Assembly (NCBI GenBank): GCA_963824805.1
Contig: CAWGQZ010000067.1
Coordinates: 7,739 to 71,738 of the forward strand
Reading direction: 5' to 3'
Source of the DNA: an uncultured Acidobacteriaceae bacterium
GTDB taxonomy: Bacteria > Acidobacteriota > Terriglobia > Terriglobales > Acidobacteriaceae
Length of the DNA: 64,000 nt
Both the position numbers and the translations under genes were made by a program. Positions 46,382 through 55,968 of the stretch are shown here, piece after piece (within the stretch, counting starts at the first letter, position 1; each line of letters starts with the position of its first letter). The notes below the pieces were generated by a model that was given only the letters and a program-made list of their open reading frames with translations, did not search any database and was not told the DNA's origin.

Positions 46382-48756
46382 ATGTCGCTGCCAAAAACAA
46401 TAATTCCGAGGACCGTGCTTGAGGTAGTCAGCCCCCGGGCGGCGGTGCGTCGCCCGCGGTTGGAGCCCAAACCATCGCTGCCCAGCCGAATCGCGGTGAT
46501 CGGGAACTATCTTCCCCGACAGTGCGGTATCGCTACCTTCACCACCGACCTTTGCGACGCCATTTCTGCAGAATATGGCGCAGCTCAACTGTTGGCGCTT
46601 CCGATCAATGACACCGAAGAGGGTTATGACTATCCCTCGCGCGTGCGGTGGTCGCTCAACCAGGAAGATCTGGGGTCGTATCAAACAGCGGCGGAGTTCC
46701 TGAATTTTCACAACATCGACATGGTGTGCCTGCAGCATGAGTATGGAATTTTTGGCGGGCCGGCCGGAAGCTATGTCCTGCAACTGCTGCGCGCGCTGAA
46801 GATGCCGGTCGTGACAACGCTGCATACGGTTCTGCGCGAACCCGACCCTGACCAACTGATGGTCATGCAGGAGATCGCCGAACGTTCAGACCGGCTGATC
46901 GTCATGAGCCAGCTCTCGTCGCAGTTCCTGCAGGAGATATACAAAGTGCCGGGCAGCAAGATCGACATGGTGCCGCACGGGGTTCCGGATCTTGCCGTTT
47001 CTAGATCCAAACTTCTACAAGGACCGGTTTGGTGTCGAGGGAAAGGCGGTACTGCTCACTTTCGGCCTGCTCTCGCCGAATAAGGGAATCGAGAATGTAA
47101 TTCAGGCACTGCCGCAGATTCTTGTTGAGCACAAGAACGTGGTCTATATCGTCGCCGGCGCAACTCATCCGCATATTCTTCGCCGCGAGGGTGACAAGTA
47201 TCGAGACGGCTTGAAGGCATTAGCCAAGGAAGTGGGAGTGGAATCGCAGGTCATCTTCCACGACCGCTTTGCCACTCCTGAGGAGATGGCTGAATTCATT
47301 GGTGCCGCCGACATATACATCACCCCTTATCGCTTTGAGGCGCAAGTGGTTTCGGGCACGCTTGCCTATGCGCTTGGAGCTGGCAAGGCGATCATTTCAA
47401 CTCCGTATTGGCACGCGATTGAATTGCTGGATGACCGCCGAGGGGCCCTGGTTCCGTTTCAGAGTCCCGGCGCGATAGCGCAGAAAACGATTGAACTGCT
47501 TGTCCACGCCGGCGTTGCGCCACGCCATGCGTAAACGAGCTTATTTGTTTGCGCGTGACATGGTTTGGCAGAAAGTGGCGCAAGGATATATGGGAAGTTT
47601 TGCCCGGGTGCGGGCCGACCGCACGGAAAGCCCTCGAGTGCAGTTCTCTGCTCGCGCTAACCCGCAAGTGTTAAACAGGGTGCCCAGGCTAAGACTTGAT
47701 CACGTAAATGCACTGACCGACGATACCGGAATATTGCAGCATGCGATCTTCACCATTCCCAATCGCGGAGAGGGATATACCACCGACGACAATGCGCGGG
47801 CACTGATCTTCGCGGTCCAGCTGGACGAACTGGCGCCCGCTACGCTGGACAAAGCGGAATCTCCCAACCCCGATTGGGTCTTCCGCTATATGGCCTTTCT
47901 GGAGCATGCCTTTAATTCAGATAAGAAGAGGTTTCGAAACTTTCTTGGTTACAACCATCGCTGGCAAGAGGAGCAAGGATCGGAAGATGCTCACGGCCGT
48001 GCCTTGTGGGCCCTCGGTACTCTTCTAGCGCGTTCCTCAGATGCCGGATTAAGGGGGGCAGCGGGGCGTTTGTATGAGCTGTCCGTGCCGGCCGTCATTG
48101 AGTTCCATAGTCCACGGGCATGCGCATACGCCATCCTGGGGATTCAGGAATATCTCGAGGCCTACCCGGGAGACCGCCACGCTCAGGGAGTGCGACTAGT
48201 GCTGGCCCAAAGATTACTTGCCATGTATGAGTCGATTCACCGTTCAGACTGGAAATGGTTTGAGGACGTTGTGGCTTATGGAAATGCAAGGCTGCCGCAA
48301 GCCATGTTGCTGGTGGGATCGGCCTGCAAAAATGAACGAATGATTTCCGCTGGGCTCGATTCGCTGGAATGGTTAATGGACACACAGCATTGCAAAACCG
48401 ACGGCCATTTCGTGCCCATCGGTTCACAGGGGTTTTATCACCAGGGGGGTGAACAGGCCCGGTTCGACCAGCAACCCATTGAGGCAGCCGGGGCGGTGTC
48501 AGCTTGTTTACAGGCGTTTGAAGTAACGCGTGACCACCGGTGGCAGAAGCAAGCCTGGTCGGCCTTCAATTGGTTTCTGGGCGACAACGATCTGCAACTC
48601 CCGCTTTACGATTCGGAAACCGGCGGTTGCCGGGACGGCTTACATCCGGAGCGCGCCAATCAGAATCAGGGCGCTGAATCCACATTGTCTTACCTGATGG
48701 CAGCGCTGGAAATGCGCTCCCTGCCTACATTTGAAATTCCTGAGGACCACTCATGA
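46382..48756 (+). pseudogene. GT4-family glycosyltransferase fused to a ~400-aa helical (alpha/alpha-toroid-like) C-terminal domain; two frameshifts
   Basis: Three consecutive ORFs (46382..47083, 46992..47534, 47491..48756) read through as one protein. The first junction reads ...MVPHGVPD|LPFLDPNFYKDRFGVEGKAVLLTFGLLSPNKG... and the GT-B C-lobe (EAQVVSGTLAYALGAGKAII) follows. The second junction reads ...IELL|STPALRHAMRKRAY... and continues into the helical domain. The junctions lie at about 46991-46993 and 47499-47502. Confidence 0.75.
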
Positions 48757-49757
48757 CCGCTCCAGAGACCACGCTTGTAAATGTGGAAAGCTCCCACTAT
48801 CCGCCGCTACTAGTGCGTCACCCTGCCAACCCGATTCTGACTCGCAGCCACTGGCCCTACTCCATCAACAGCGTGTTCAATGCGGGTGCCACTCTGTTGC
48901 CCGACGGCACCACGCTTCTGTTGTGCCGTATCGAAGACCGGCGCGGTCTGTCACACCTTTGCGCAGCGCGCTCTGCCGATGGTGTCAGCGGATGGCAGAT
49001 TGATAGGGAACCGACACTGATGCCCAGTCCCGACAAATATCCCGAGGAAATCTGGGGCATCGAAGACCCTCGCATCACTTTCGTGCCAGAGTTGCAGCAA
49101 TATGCGATTACTTACACTTCTTATTCGCGCGGCGGCCCAGGAGTCTCTCTTGCGCTCACGAAAGACTTCAGGAGTTTCGAGCGCTATGGCGTGATCATGC
49201 CGCCCGACGACAAAGATTCAGCCCTTTTGCCGCGCCGGATCGATGGCTATTGGGCGCTGATTCATCGTCCCATGACGCCGCTGGGATCGCACATGTGGAT
49301 TTCCTACTCGCCCGATCTACGTCACTGGGGTAGACACAGACTCATGCTGGAAGCACGCCGCGGCGCCTGGTGGGATGCCAACAAGATTGGCCTGTCGCCG
49401 CCACCTATTGAGACTTCCCGAGGCTGGCTGGTGATCTATCACGGAGTGCGGCACACGCCATCTGGCTGTCTGTACCGATTGGGCTTGGCTCTGTTCGATC
49501 TGGAGAATCCGGAAAAGTGCCTGCTGCGAGGAGACTCGTGGATGTTTGGGCCGGAGGCAGAATACGAGCGCAATGGCGACGTCAATGATGTTGTATTTCC
49601 GTGCGGATACACAACGGACCCGGATGGCGACATGCTCAATATTTACTACGGAGCGGCTGATTGCTCGATCGCCCTAGCCCGCGCCAGCGTGCGGTCGCTA
49701 CTAGAGTGGTTGGACACGAATGGAAGTGTCGACCATGGGCGGCGATCCGGCGACTAA
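48753..49757 (+). CDS. GH130-family glycoside phosphorylase/hydrolase-like protein
   Basis: NSVFNAGATLLPDGTTLLLCRIEDRRG...IWGIEDPRITFVPELQQYAITYTSYS...KDSALLPRRIDGYWALIHRP is typical of the GH130 (PH1107-related) five-bladed propeller. There is an ATGA overlap with the upstream gene. Confidence 0.85.
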   Translation: MTAPETTLVNVESSHYPPLLVRHPANPILTRSHWPYSINSVFNAGATLLPDGTTLLLCRIEDRRGLSHLCAARSADGVSGWQIDREPTLMPSPDKYPEEIWGIEDPRITFVPELQQYAITYTSYSRGGPGVSLALTKDFRSFERYGVIMPPDDKDSALLPRRIDGYWALIHRPMTPLGSHMWISYSPDLRHWGRHRLMLEARRGAWWDANKIGLSPPPIETSRGWLVIYHGVRHTPSGCLYRLGLALFDLENPEKCLLRGDSWMFGPEAEYERNGDVNDVVFPCGYTTDPDGDMLNIYYGAADCSIALARASVRSLLEWLDTNGSVDHGRRSGD

Positions 49758-50054
49758 CTATCTCGAGACTGATGCAGGCAAGCCGCGCTCTGCCCGATGT
49801 GAGCTATCTTGCTCAGACACAGAAGTTCATAGCTGTCATTCTTAAGTCTCCTGAGTGACTTGTAAGGTGGTACGGCCGGTTGATCAAAGGCCGCGCGTCA
49901 CCCTTCGCACTCTTATCCGTGCTCATGCCGCCCGACCTCCGGCGAGCACTACGACCCTAAGAGTCTTTGGAATTAGTAAATGAAGCTGGAATCTCCTGGT
50001 GGATGGGGGGTACAGCCGGAGTTTGCACGCCGGACATCCGCACAAGGAGAACCA

Positions 50055-51692
50055 TTGACCAGAAAATTGCTATTAGCCGCAGTCATCGCGCTGAGTTTTA
50101 ACGCATTGGCGCAAAACAATTATCAAGAACTGAAGGTTGAGCCCATGGCTCATACTCCAACATTTCGCGTCACTGTGGTCAGCCGCAGTGTGCAGGCGGT
50201 GAACTACAAACATCGCAGTGGAGCCAGCAAGGTAGACTTTATCGGCACTGCGCTGATGCCCGCCGCCAACGGCCAGGCGAAAGTTGAAAGTAAAAAGGGC
50301 TACACGGAAATCGAAGTGGAATTTGGCAACCTGGAAAAGCCGACCAGCTTTGGTGGGGAGTATCTGACCTACATCCTGTGGGCGATTTCGCCCGAGGGGC
50401 GCGCGGTGAACCTCGGCGAAATTCTGGTGGGCGATAACAACCGAAGCAAGGTCGATGTCACGACCGATCTTCAGGCTTTCGCGTTGGTGGTTACGGCAGA
50501 GCCTTACTATGCTGTACGGCAGCCGAGCAACGTCGTGGTGATCGAGAACGTGGTTCGAGCAGACACCAAGGGAACCACCGAAGCGGTCGAGGCCAAGTAT
50601 GAACTTCTGGAGCGCGGCGGATACATTCCGACCGGCTACAAGTTTGATCCGGTAGTTCTGAATTCGAATTTACCGCTGGAATTTTTTGAGGCGCGCAATG
50701 CCATGCGCATCGCGCAATCCGAGGGAGCAGAAGCCTACGGTGGCGACAGCTATCAGAAAGCCAAGAAGTTGATGGACCAGGCCGACGGATATGCGACCCG
50801 GAAGCACATCGACAAGAAGCCGCTGATCGCAGTTTCCCGCGAGGCGGTGCAGACCGCGGAAGATGCGCGCGCAATTGCGGTGAAGAAGATCGACGAAGAA
50901 CGTCTGGCGAATGAACGCCAGAATGCTGCCGATGCCCAGGCGAAAGCTCAGGACCAGGCCGACGATGCCACTCGCATGAAGGAACAAGCGCAGTCTGAGC
51001 AGGCGCGGGCGGAACTGGCCAAAGCTCAGGCAGAATCCGACACAGCAAGGGCACAGGCTGCCAAGGTCCAAGCCGAGTCTGATACGGCAAGAGCACAGGC
51101 TGATGCGAGCAAGGCCCAGATGGACGCGGACAAGGCGAAATCCGATATGGAAGCCAGCCAGGCGTCGTCGGCAAGCGCACTCTCCGCGGCCCAGGCGGAT
51201 GCGGAAAGATCGCGCTTGGCGGCGCAGCAGGCAGAAGCTGACAAGGCTGCCATGCGTACGCGTTTGTCAGAACAATTGAACCGGATTCTTCAGACTCGCG
51301 ACAGCGCACGTGGACTCATCGTCAGCATGTCGGACGTATTGTTCGACACGGGAAAATATTCATTGAAGCCAGGAGCCCGCGAGAAGCTGGCCAAGGTTGC
51401 CGGAATTCTGATTGCTTATCCGGGACTCAACATCGAAGTCGGCGGATACACCGACAACGTAGGCGGCGATTCCATGAATCAAACTCTTTCGGAGAATCGC
51501 GCGGGCTCAGTGCGTGATTATCTGGTGCAACAGGGCGTAGCCACCAACTCGGTCAGCGCTAAGGGCTTCGGCAACACTTTGCCGGTAGCCTCTAACGGCA
51601 ACTCATCGGGAAGACAGCAGAACCGCAGGGTGGAACTTTTGGTCTCTGGGGATGCGATCGGTACCCCGGTCAACACGACTACCGGAAACTAG
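50055..51692 (+). CDS. OmpA-family protein with long Ala/Gln/Asp-rich coiled-coil repeat region
   Basis: A TTG at 50055 after GGAGAACCA gives the signal peptide LTRKLLLAAVIALSFNALAQ. The central region is AQAESDTARAQA-type repeats. The C-terminal OmpA_C-like domain reads VLFDTGKYSLKP...GYTDNVG...NQTLSENRA...NRRVELLV. Confidence 0.8.
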   Translation: MTRKLLLAAVIALSFNALAQNNYQELKVEPMAHTPTFRVTVVSRSVQAVNYKHRSGASKVDFIGTALMPAANGQAKVESKKGYTEIEVEFGNLEKPTSFGGEYLTYILWAISPEGRAVNLGEILVGDNNRSKVDVTTDLQAFALVVTAEPYYAVRQPSNVVVIENVVRADTKGTTEAVEAKYELLERGGYIPTGYKFDPVVLNSNLPLEFFEARNAMRIAQSEGAEAYGGDSYQKAKKLMDQADGYATRKHIDKKPLIAVSREAVQTAEDARAIAVKKIDEERLANERQNAADAQAKAQDQADDATRMKEQAQSEQARAELAKAQAESDTARAQAAKVQAESDTARAQADASKAQMDADKAKSDMEASQASSASALSAAQADAERSRLAAQQAEADKAAMRTRLSEQLNRILQTRDSARGLIVSMSDVLFDTGKYSLKPGAREKLAKVAGILIAYPGLNIEVGGYTDNVGGDSMNQTLSENRAGSVRDYLVQQGVATNSVSAKGFGNTLPVASNGNSSGRQQNRRVELLVSGDAIGTPVNTTTGN

Positions 51693-51869
51693 CAGCAGTC
51701 CCTCGCGGGTCGAAGCGCGTCCCGCTCTGTTATTCAAGGGCGGGGCCGCTTGACCATCCTCCCCCCAATCGTTTGACCTGACACCTAGGTAACCGTGCGC
51801 GAATAACCGCTTGAAAGTACGCTAGCTGGGCGCTGCATTCCACCTTACCGGCAATCCAACGGAGGATTC

Positions 51870-52256
51870 ATGACTAGACGCCTGCTTACAACTTTTGCCC
51901 TGATAGTGACGCTGGGTTGGGGAACCTCGTTCGTGCTGGCGAAGAACGATAAGGACAAGCACAAAGGGCATCCCCACGCGAACCAGTTCTCCGACGACGA
52001 CAAGGGATGGGACCGCCGCGATGGATACGAGTACCGCACCTACCGCGACGCTGACGGCCGGCCGCCAGGGTGGAACCGCGGCAAGAAGACAGGATGGGGC
52101 AATTGCGGGCTGCCCCCGGGGCAAGCCAAGAAATATGGGTGCCGCACCTACACTTACCAAGGGCGTCCTCACTATTACTACCAGGATGACGATGGGCGTG
52201 TGATTGTGCGGCGTCCTATGGTGGAGATCCATGGGAGTGTTGACATTGTGCGGTGA
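51870..52256 (+). CDS. secreted basic/aromatic-rich small protein
   Basis: It has a signal peptide (LLTTFALIVTLGWGTSFVLA) and the motif PPGWNRGKKTGWGNCGLPPGQAKK. No confident family. Confidence 0.5.
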   Translation: MTRRLLTTFALIVTLGWGTSFVLAKNDKDKHKGHPHANQFSDDDKGWDRRDGYEYRTYRDADGRPPGWNRGKKTGWGNCGLPPGQAKKYGCRTYTYQGRPHYYYQDDDGRVIVRRPMVEIHGSVDIVR

Positions 52257-52560
52257 AGTTTGCCGGCGGCCCAAAGTCTTGATCTTCCGTTCTAAAGCGA
52301 CTTACGTCCTAAGTTGTATGGTGCCGCCCCTCGAAGCGTCGGTTTTAGGGAGCGACGACGAGTATTCCCTTATTTTTCATTCGGTTACGGGTTGATTGCA
52401 GGAAAATGCCCGGTTTTCCTCAACTTAGGGTACAATCACTGCGCGATTGAATTTAGCGGTTTCTTGCTTCCCGGTAACTCCGCTCCAAAGCGTGGCCCTG
52501 CCTGCAGAACTCCAGCGATCGTTCAACGCAACATTCAAGCAAAAAGGAACAAGTACGTAT

Positions 52561-52761
52561 ATGGAAACAGGAACAGTAAAGTGGTTTAACGATGCAAAGG
52601 GCTATGGTTTCATCAGCCGCCAGAACGGCGAAGATGTTTTCGTTCACTTCTCGGCGATTCAGGCAAGCGGATTCCGCAGCCTGCAAGAGGGCCAGCAAGT
52701 TCAGTTCGACGTAGTCAAAGGCCCCAAGGGCTGGCAAGCTGAGAATGTAAAGCCGGCGTAA
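52561..52761 (+). CDS. cspA: cold-shock protein (CspA family)
   Basis: [33 protein letters not shown] carries the RNP1/RNP2 motifs. 66 aa from ATG 52561. The upstream part of the track ORF is the 5' leader. Confidence 0.93.
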   Translation: METGTVKWFNDAKGYGFISRQNGEDVFVHFSAIQASGFRSLQEGQQVQFDVVKGPKGWQAENVKPA

Positions 52762-52785
52762 GCCACTTTTACAATCCAAAGATCG

Positions 52786-52808
52786 GGCGGCCTTCGGGCC
52801 GCCTTTTC
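52786..52808 (+). terminator. intrinsic terminator after the cold-shock gene
   Basis: GGCGGCC-ttcg-GGCCGCC followed by TTTT. Confidence 0.75.
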
Positions 52809-52863
52809 TATTTGTGGAAGCTCCAAAGCTTAACCGCCGATTGCACAGATTACACAGAGAAGT

Positions 52864-55611
52864 TCATTGCTGCTGGTCGCGGATGAGGACTACGTCGGAG
52901 TCCACGTGACCGCGGACTACGGCTAGCTTGCTGCCGTCGGGCGACCAACGGAAGTCGTCGCCGATGTTTTCGGATTTGAAGTTGGTGATTTGCTTGCCGG
53001 CGGATCCGTCCAGGTTTTGTTGCCAGAGATTGTCGACGTTGCCGCTGCGAACCGCGTAGACAACTGCTTTGCCGTCAGGGGTGAAGCGGACCGCACCGTG
53101 ATGCTCGCGCTCGAATTTGATCAGCTTCTGCTGCTGTCCGGTTGCAATGTCGACCAGGGCGAGGTTTTCTTCGTGCTCTCCGGTGTGTTCCAGCGTGGCG
53201 AAGACGGCCAGTTTGCCGTCGGGAGAGATGTCGAAGCGGCTGGATACGGTCATGTCGGAGAGCGGTTGGGGAGTGCCCCCATCGGTGGAAACTTTGAAAA
53301 GCTTTCCACCGGCGGTGGTGTCGACGTAGAGGGCCAATTTTCCGTCTGGAGAGCAGACGGGGTAGTTCTGCAACTTTCCCTGGGTGAGTTGTTTTGCGTT
53401 TCCGCCATTTACGTCAGCGCGCCAGATGGTCTGGGTGGGCTGGCCTCCATGCAACGCCAGCGCAAAAACTATATTGCCGTCAGGACAGGAATTGGGCTGG
53501 CTGGGTAGGGCGCCCTGTTCGGCCATGAGCGCGGTTTTAGATCCGGATGCAGGATCTAACTGGCTGAGCATATATTGCTGGTCGACGATCAGGTTGTTGT
53601 CGCGTGTCCAGGTGAAGCCGCGAATCGGGGAGCCGTTGCTTACCTGCTGCGGCTCGCCGGGGGTTTTGGTGTTGGTGACGAACAGGTTCCATTGACTCTC
53701 GTTGAGAACGCTGACCAGAGCGCGACCGTCGGAGGAAATATTGAGGTCGGAGTAGTTGCTGACGTCGCGGGTGATTGGAGTCGACTTGCCGTCGGGGTAA
53801 GAGACGTAAATGATCTGCTGGCGGGTGAAGTTGGATGCCTGGTCCTTGGAGAGAGCGAGCAGGCCGCGGCCGTCGGGCATCCAGAGCGGCCGGGCCAGGA
53901 TAGAAGTTGGGGCGCTGAAGAAGACGCGCTGCTGGCCGCTAGCAACATCGACGGCGACCAAGCCGGTGAGCGCGTTGCCGGGCTGGGCGACGAAGCAGAC
54001 GATGGTCTTGCCATCGGGGGACCATGTGGGCTCATAGAGAGCGTTCCCCCGCGGTCCGGTAGCCAAATCTTTTTGGTCGTTTCCTTCCAGCGAATGGATG
54101 ACGAGCCGGTAGGTGTTGGGCGGATTGTTGAGGACGATGTAAGCGTACTGGCGGCCGTCGGGCGAGAAAGTGATGTTGGAGTCGATGTCGGTGATGAGTT
54201 TTTGCGGGGTGCCTCCGAGGACGGGAGCGCGGTAGAGGAAATCAAGCTCCTGGCTGCCGGTTTCGCTGCGCGCGAAATATAGATAGTTGCCATCGGCGGA
54301 GAAGCGCAGTCCCATGTAGTGAACCGGCTCGGCGGGAACTACCTGGGTGTTGCTGTTGGTGGGGACGTTACGCAGCCAGAGGCCTTCTTTTCCGTCTTCG
54401 TTTACAACGTTGAGAATGTATTTGCCGTCAGGTGAGATTGCGGCGAACGCAGCCTTGCCGGAGTCGGTGACTTTGGAGACGGCTATGTTTTGGAATGGAG
54501 CGGCGGCCTTGCGGTTAAGGAAAGCGTAGAGTCCGTAGGCTGCGGCGGCCAGGAGGGCGATGGCGATTAGGGCTGTCACTCCTACTCCTAGCTTGTTCTG
54601 GCGGGCAGCGGCCATGACCGAGGAGCTGCCGGTCGAGCCTGGCTCGAGTGCACGCGCGGGGGCGCCGGTTCCCACCCGGCTACCTGTCCCCACAGAGCTA
54701 ATGCTTCGATTGGTTTCGCTGTCGCGCTTCAGGCGCTTCAGGTCGCCGCGGAGGTCGGCGGCGGTTTGATAACGAAGGTCGGGATCTTTTTCGAGGGCTT
54801 TGGCAATTATTTCCTCGAGTTTTGCGGGGAGCGCGGGATTGAGTTGGGCGGGCGGAGCGGGTTCACGGTCGAGGATCGCGCTGAAAATTACGGCGGAAGT
54901 TTTGCCGGGGAATGGCAGAGAGCCCGTTGCCATCTGGTAGAGAACGATTCCGGCGGAAAATAAGTCGCTGCGGGAATCGAGTTCTTCGCCGCGGGCTTGT
55001 TCGGGTGACATGTACGAAACTGTACCTACAGTACTCCCGGGATTGGTCAGGTGTCCGGGTCCGCCTTGGGTAACGACCGTTTCCATGGCATGGTCACGAG
55101 CACGGGTGAGCTTGGCTAATCCGAAGTCGAGGATCTTTGCCTGGCCGCGGGGGCTGATGAAGATGTTGGCGGGCTTGATGTCACGATGGATGATGCCTTT
55201 AGCATGGGCAGCGTCCAAAGCATCGGCGAGCTGAATTCCAATTTCGAAAACCCGATCCAGGGGAAGCGCCGCGCCTGCCAGTTTGCGGTCGAGACTTTCT
55301 CCTTCGAGCAGCTCCATGGCAATGAAGGAGTTTCCGTCGGCAGTCTCTACCGCATAAATGGTGCAGATGCCTGGATGGTTGAGGGCCGAGGCGCTACGGG
55401 CCTCGAGCATGAAGCGGTCCAAGACCGCGGTTTCCCTGGCAAGCTCGGGCGGGAGGAATTTGAGGGCGACGCGGCGGCCCAATGTGAGATCTTCAGCTTC
55501 GTAGATTACGCCCATACCGCCACTGCCTAGCTGGCTGAGGATGCGATAGTGCGAGATGGTTTGGCCGATCACGGGGAAGTCCATCTTAAGTACGTTGGTG
55601 GGGTGGGTCAA
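52864..55611 (-). CDS. Ser/Thr protein kinase with TM helix and C-terminal TolB-like beta-propeller repeats
   Basis: Kinase motifs GSGGMGVIYEA, VALKFL, HRDIKPANI, DFGLA and SPEQ are present. A TM segment (VTALIAIALLAAAAYGLYAF) follows, then repeated SPDGK/SPDGR propeller blades. Confidence 0.85.
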   Translation of the reverse strand: MTHPTNVLKMDFPVIGQTISHYRILSQLGSGGMGVIYEAEDLTLGRRVALKFLPPELARETAVLDRFMLEARSASALNHPGICTIYAVETADGNSFIAMELLEGESLDRKLAGAALPLDRVFEIGIQLADALDAAHAKGIIHRDIKPANIFISPRGQAKILDFGLAKLTRARDHAMETVVTQGGPGHLTNPGSTVGTVSYMSPEQARGEELDSRSDLFSAGIVLYQMATGSLPFPGKTSAVIFSAILDREPAPPAQLNPALPAKLEEIIAKALEKDPDLRYQTAADLRGDLKRLKRDSETNRSISSVGTGSRVGTGAPARALEPGSTGSSSVMAAARQNKLGVGVTALIAIALLAAAAYGLYAFLNRKAAAPFQNIAVSKVTDSGKAAFAAISPDGKYILNVVNEDGKEGLWLRNVPTNSNTQVVPAEPVHYMGLRFSADGNYLYFARSETGSQELDFLYRAPVLGGTPQKLITDIDSNITFSPDGRQYAYIVLNNPPNTYRLVIHSLEGNDQKDLATGPRGNALYEPTWSPDGKTIVCFVAQPGNALTGLVAVDVASGQQRVFFSAPTSILARPLWMPDGRGLLALSKDQASNFTRQQIIYVSYPDGKSTPITRDVSNYSDLNISSDGRALVSVLNESQWNLFVTNTKTPGEPQQVSNGSPIRGFTWTRDNNLIVDQQYMLSQLDPASGSKTALMAEQGALPSQPNSCPDGNIVFALALHGGQPTQTIWRADVNGGNAKQLTQGKLQNYPVCSPDGKLALYVDTTAGGKLFKVSTDGGTPQPLSDMTVSSRFDISPDGKLAVFATLEHTGEHEENLALVDIATGQQQKLIKFEREHHGAVRFTPDGKAVVYAVRSGNVDNLWQQNLDGSAGKQITNFKSENIGDDFRWSPDGSKLAVVRGHVDSDVVLIRDQQQ

Positions 55612-55653
55612 TGGATGGGGCGCCTGCTACCCAAGAGCCAATGGCAAACCCAA

Positions 55654-55679
55654 GGTCCCTCGGCTTTGCTCGGGATGAC
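55654..55679 (-). repeat. REP-like dispersed element (reverse orientation)
   Basis: The reverse complement reads gtcatcccgagcaaagccgagggacc. Confidence 0.7.
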
Positions 55680-55968
55680 AGGCGGACAAAAATGCCCCTG
55701 GTCCTTGAACTTGGAGGCGCTCGGAGAGAGTGAGCGGTTCAGGATTCCCAGGGGGCTTGTTAGCTTCGTTCTGCCTAATGATATAGACGTCGAATCCGGG
55801 AAAAGGGCGTAAAGATTTCGTAAACACTGCGTAAAAGATTGTCAAGCAGCCACCAATGATTGCGTAGGCTGGCGTGTTTCTACCTGGGTGTGGCAGGCTC
55901 AACCTTGAGATTCCACCGACGGAATCATCGCGGTCGGAATCTGTGATCTCTGTGGTTGGGATTTTCGC

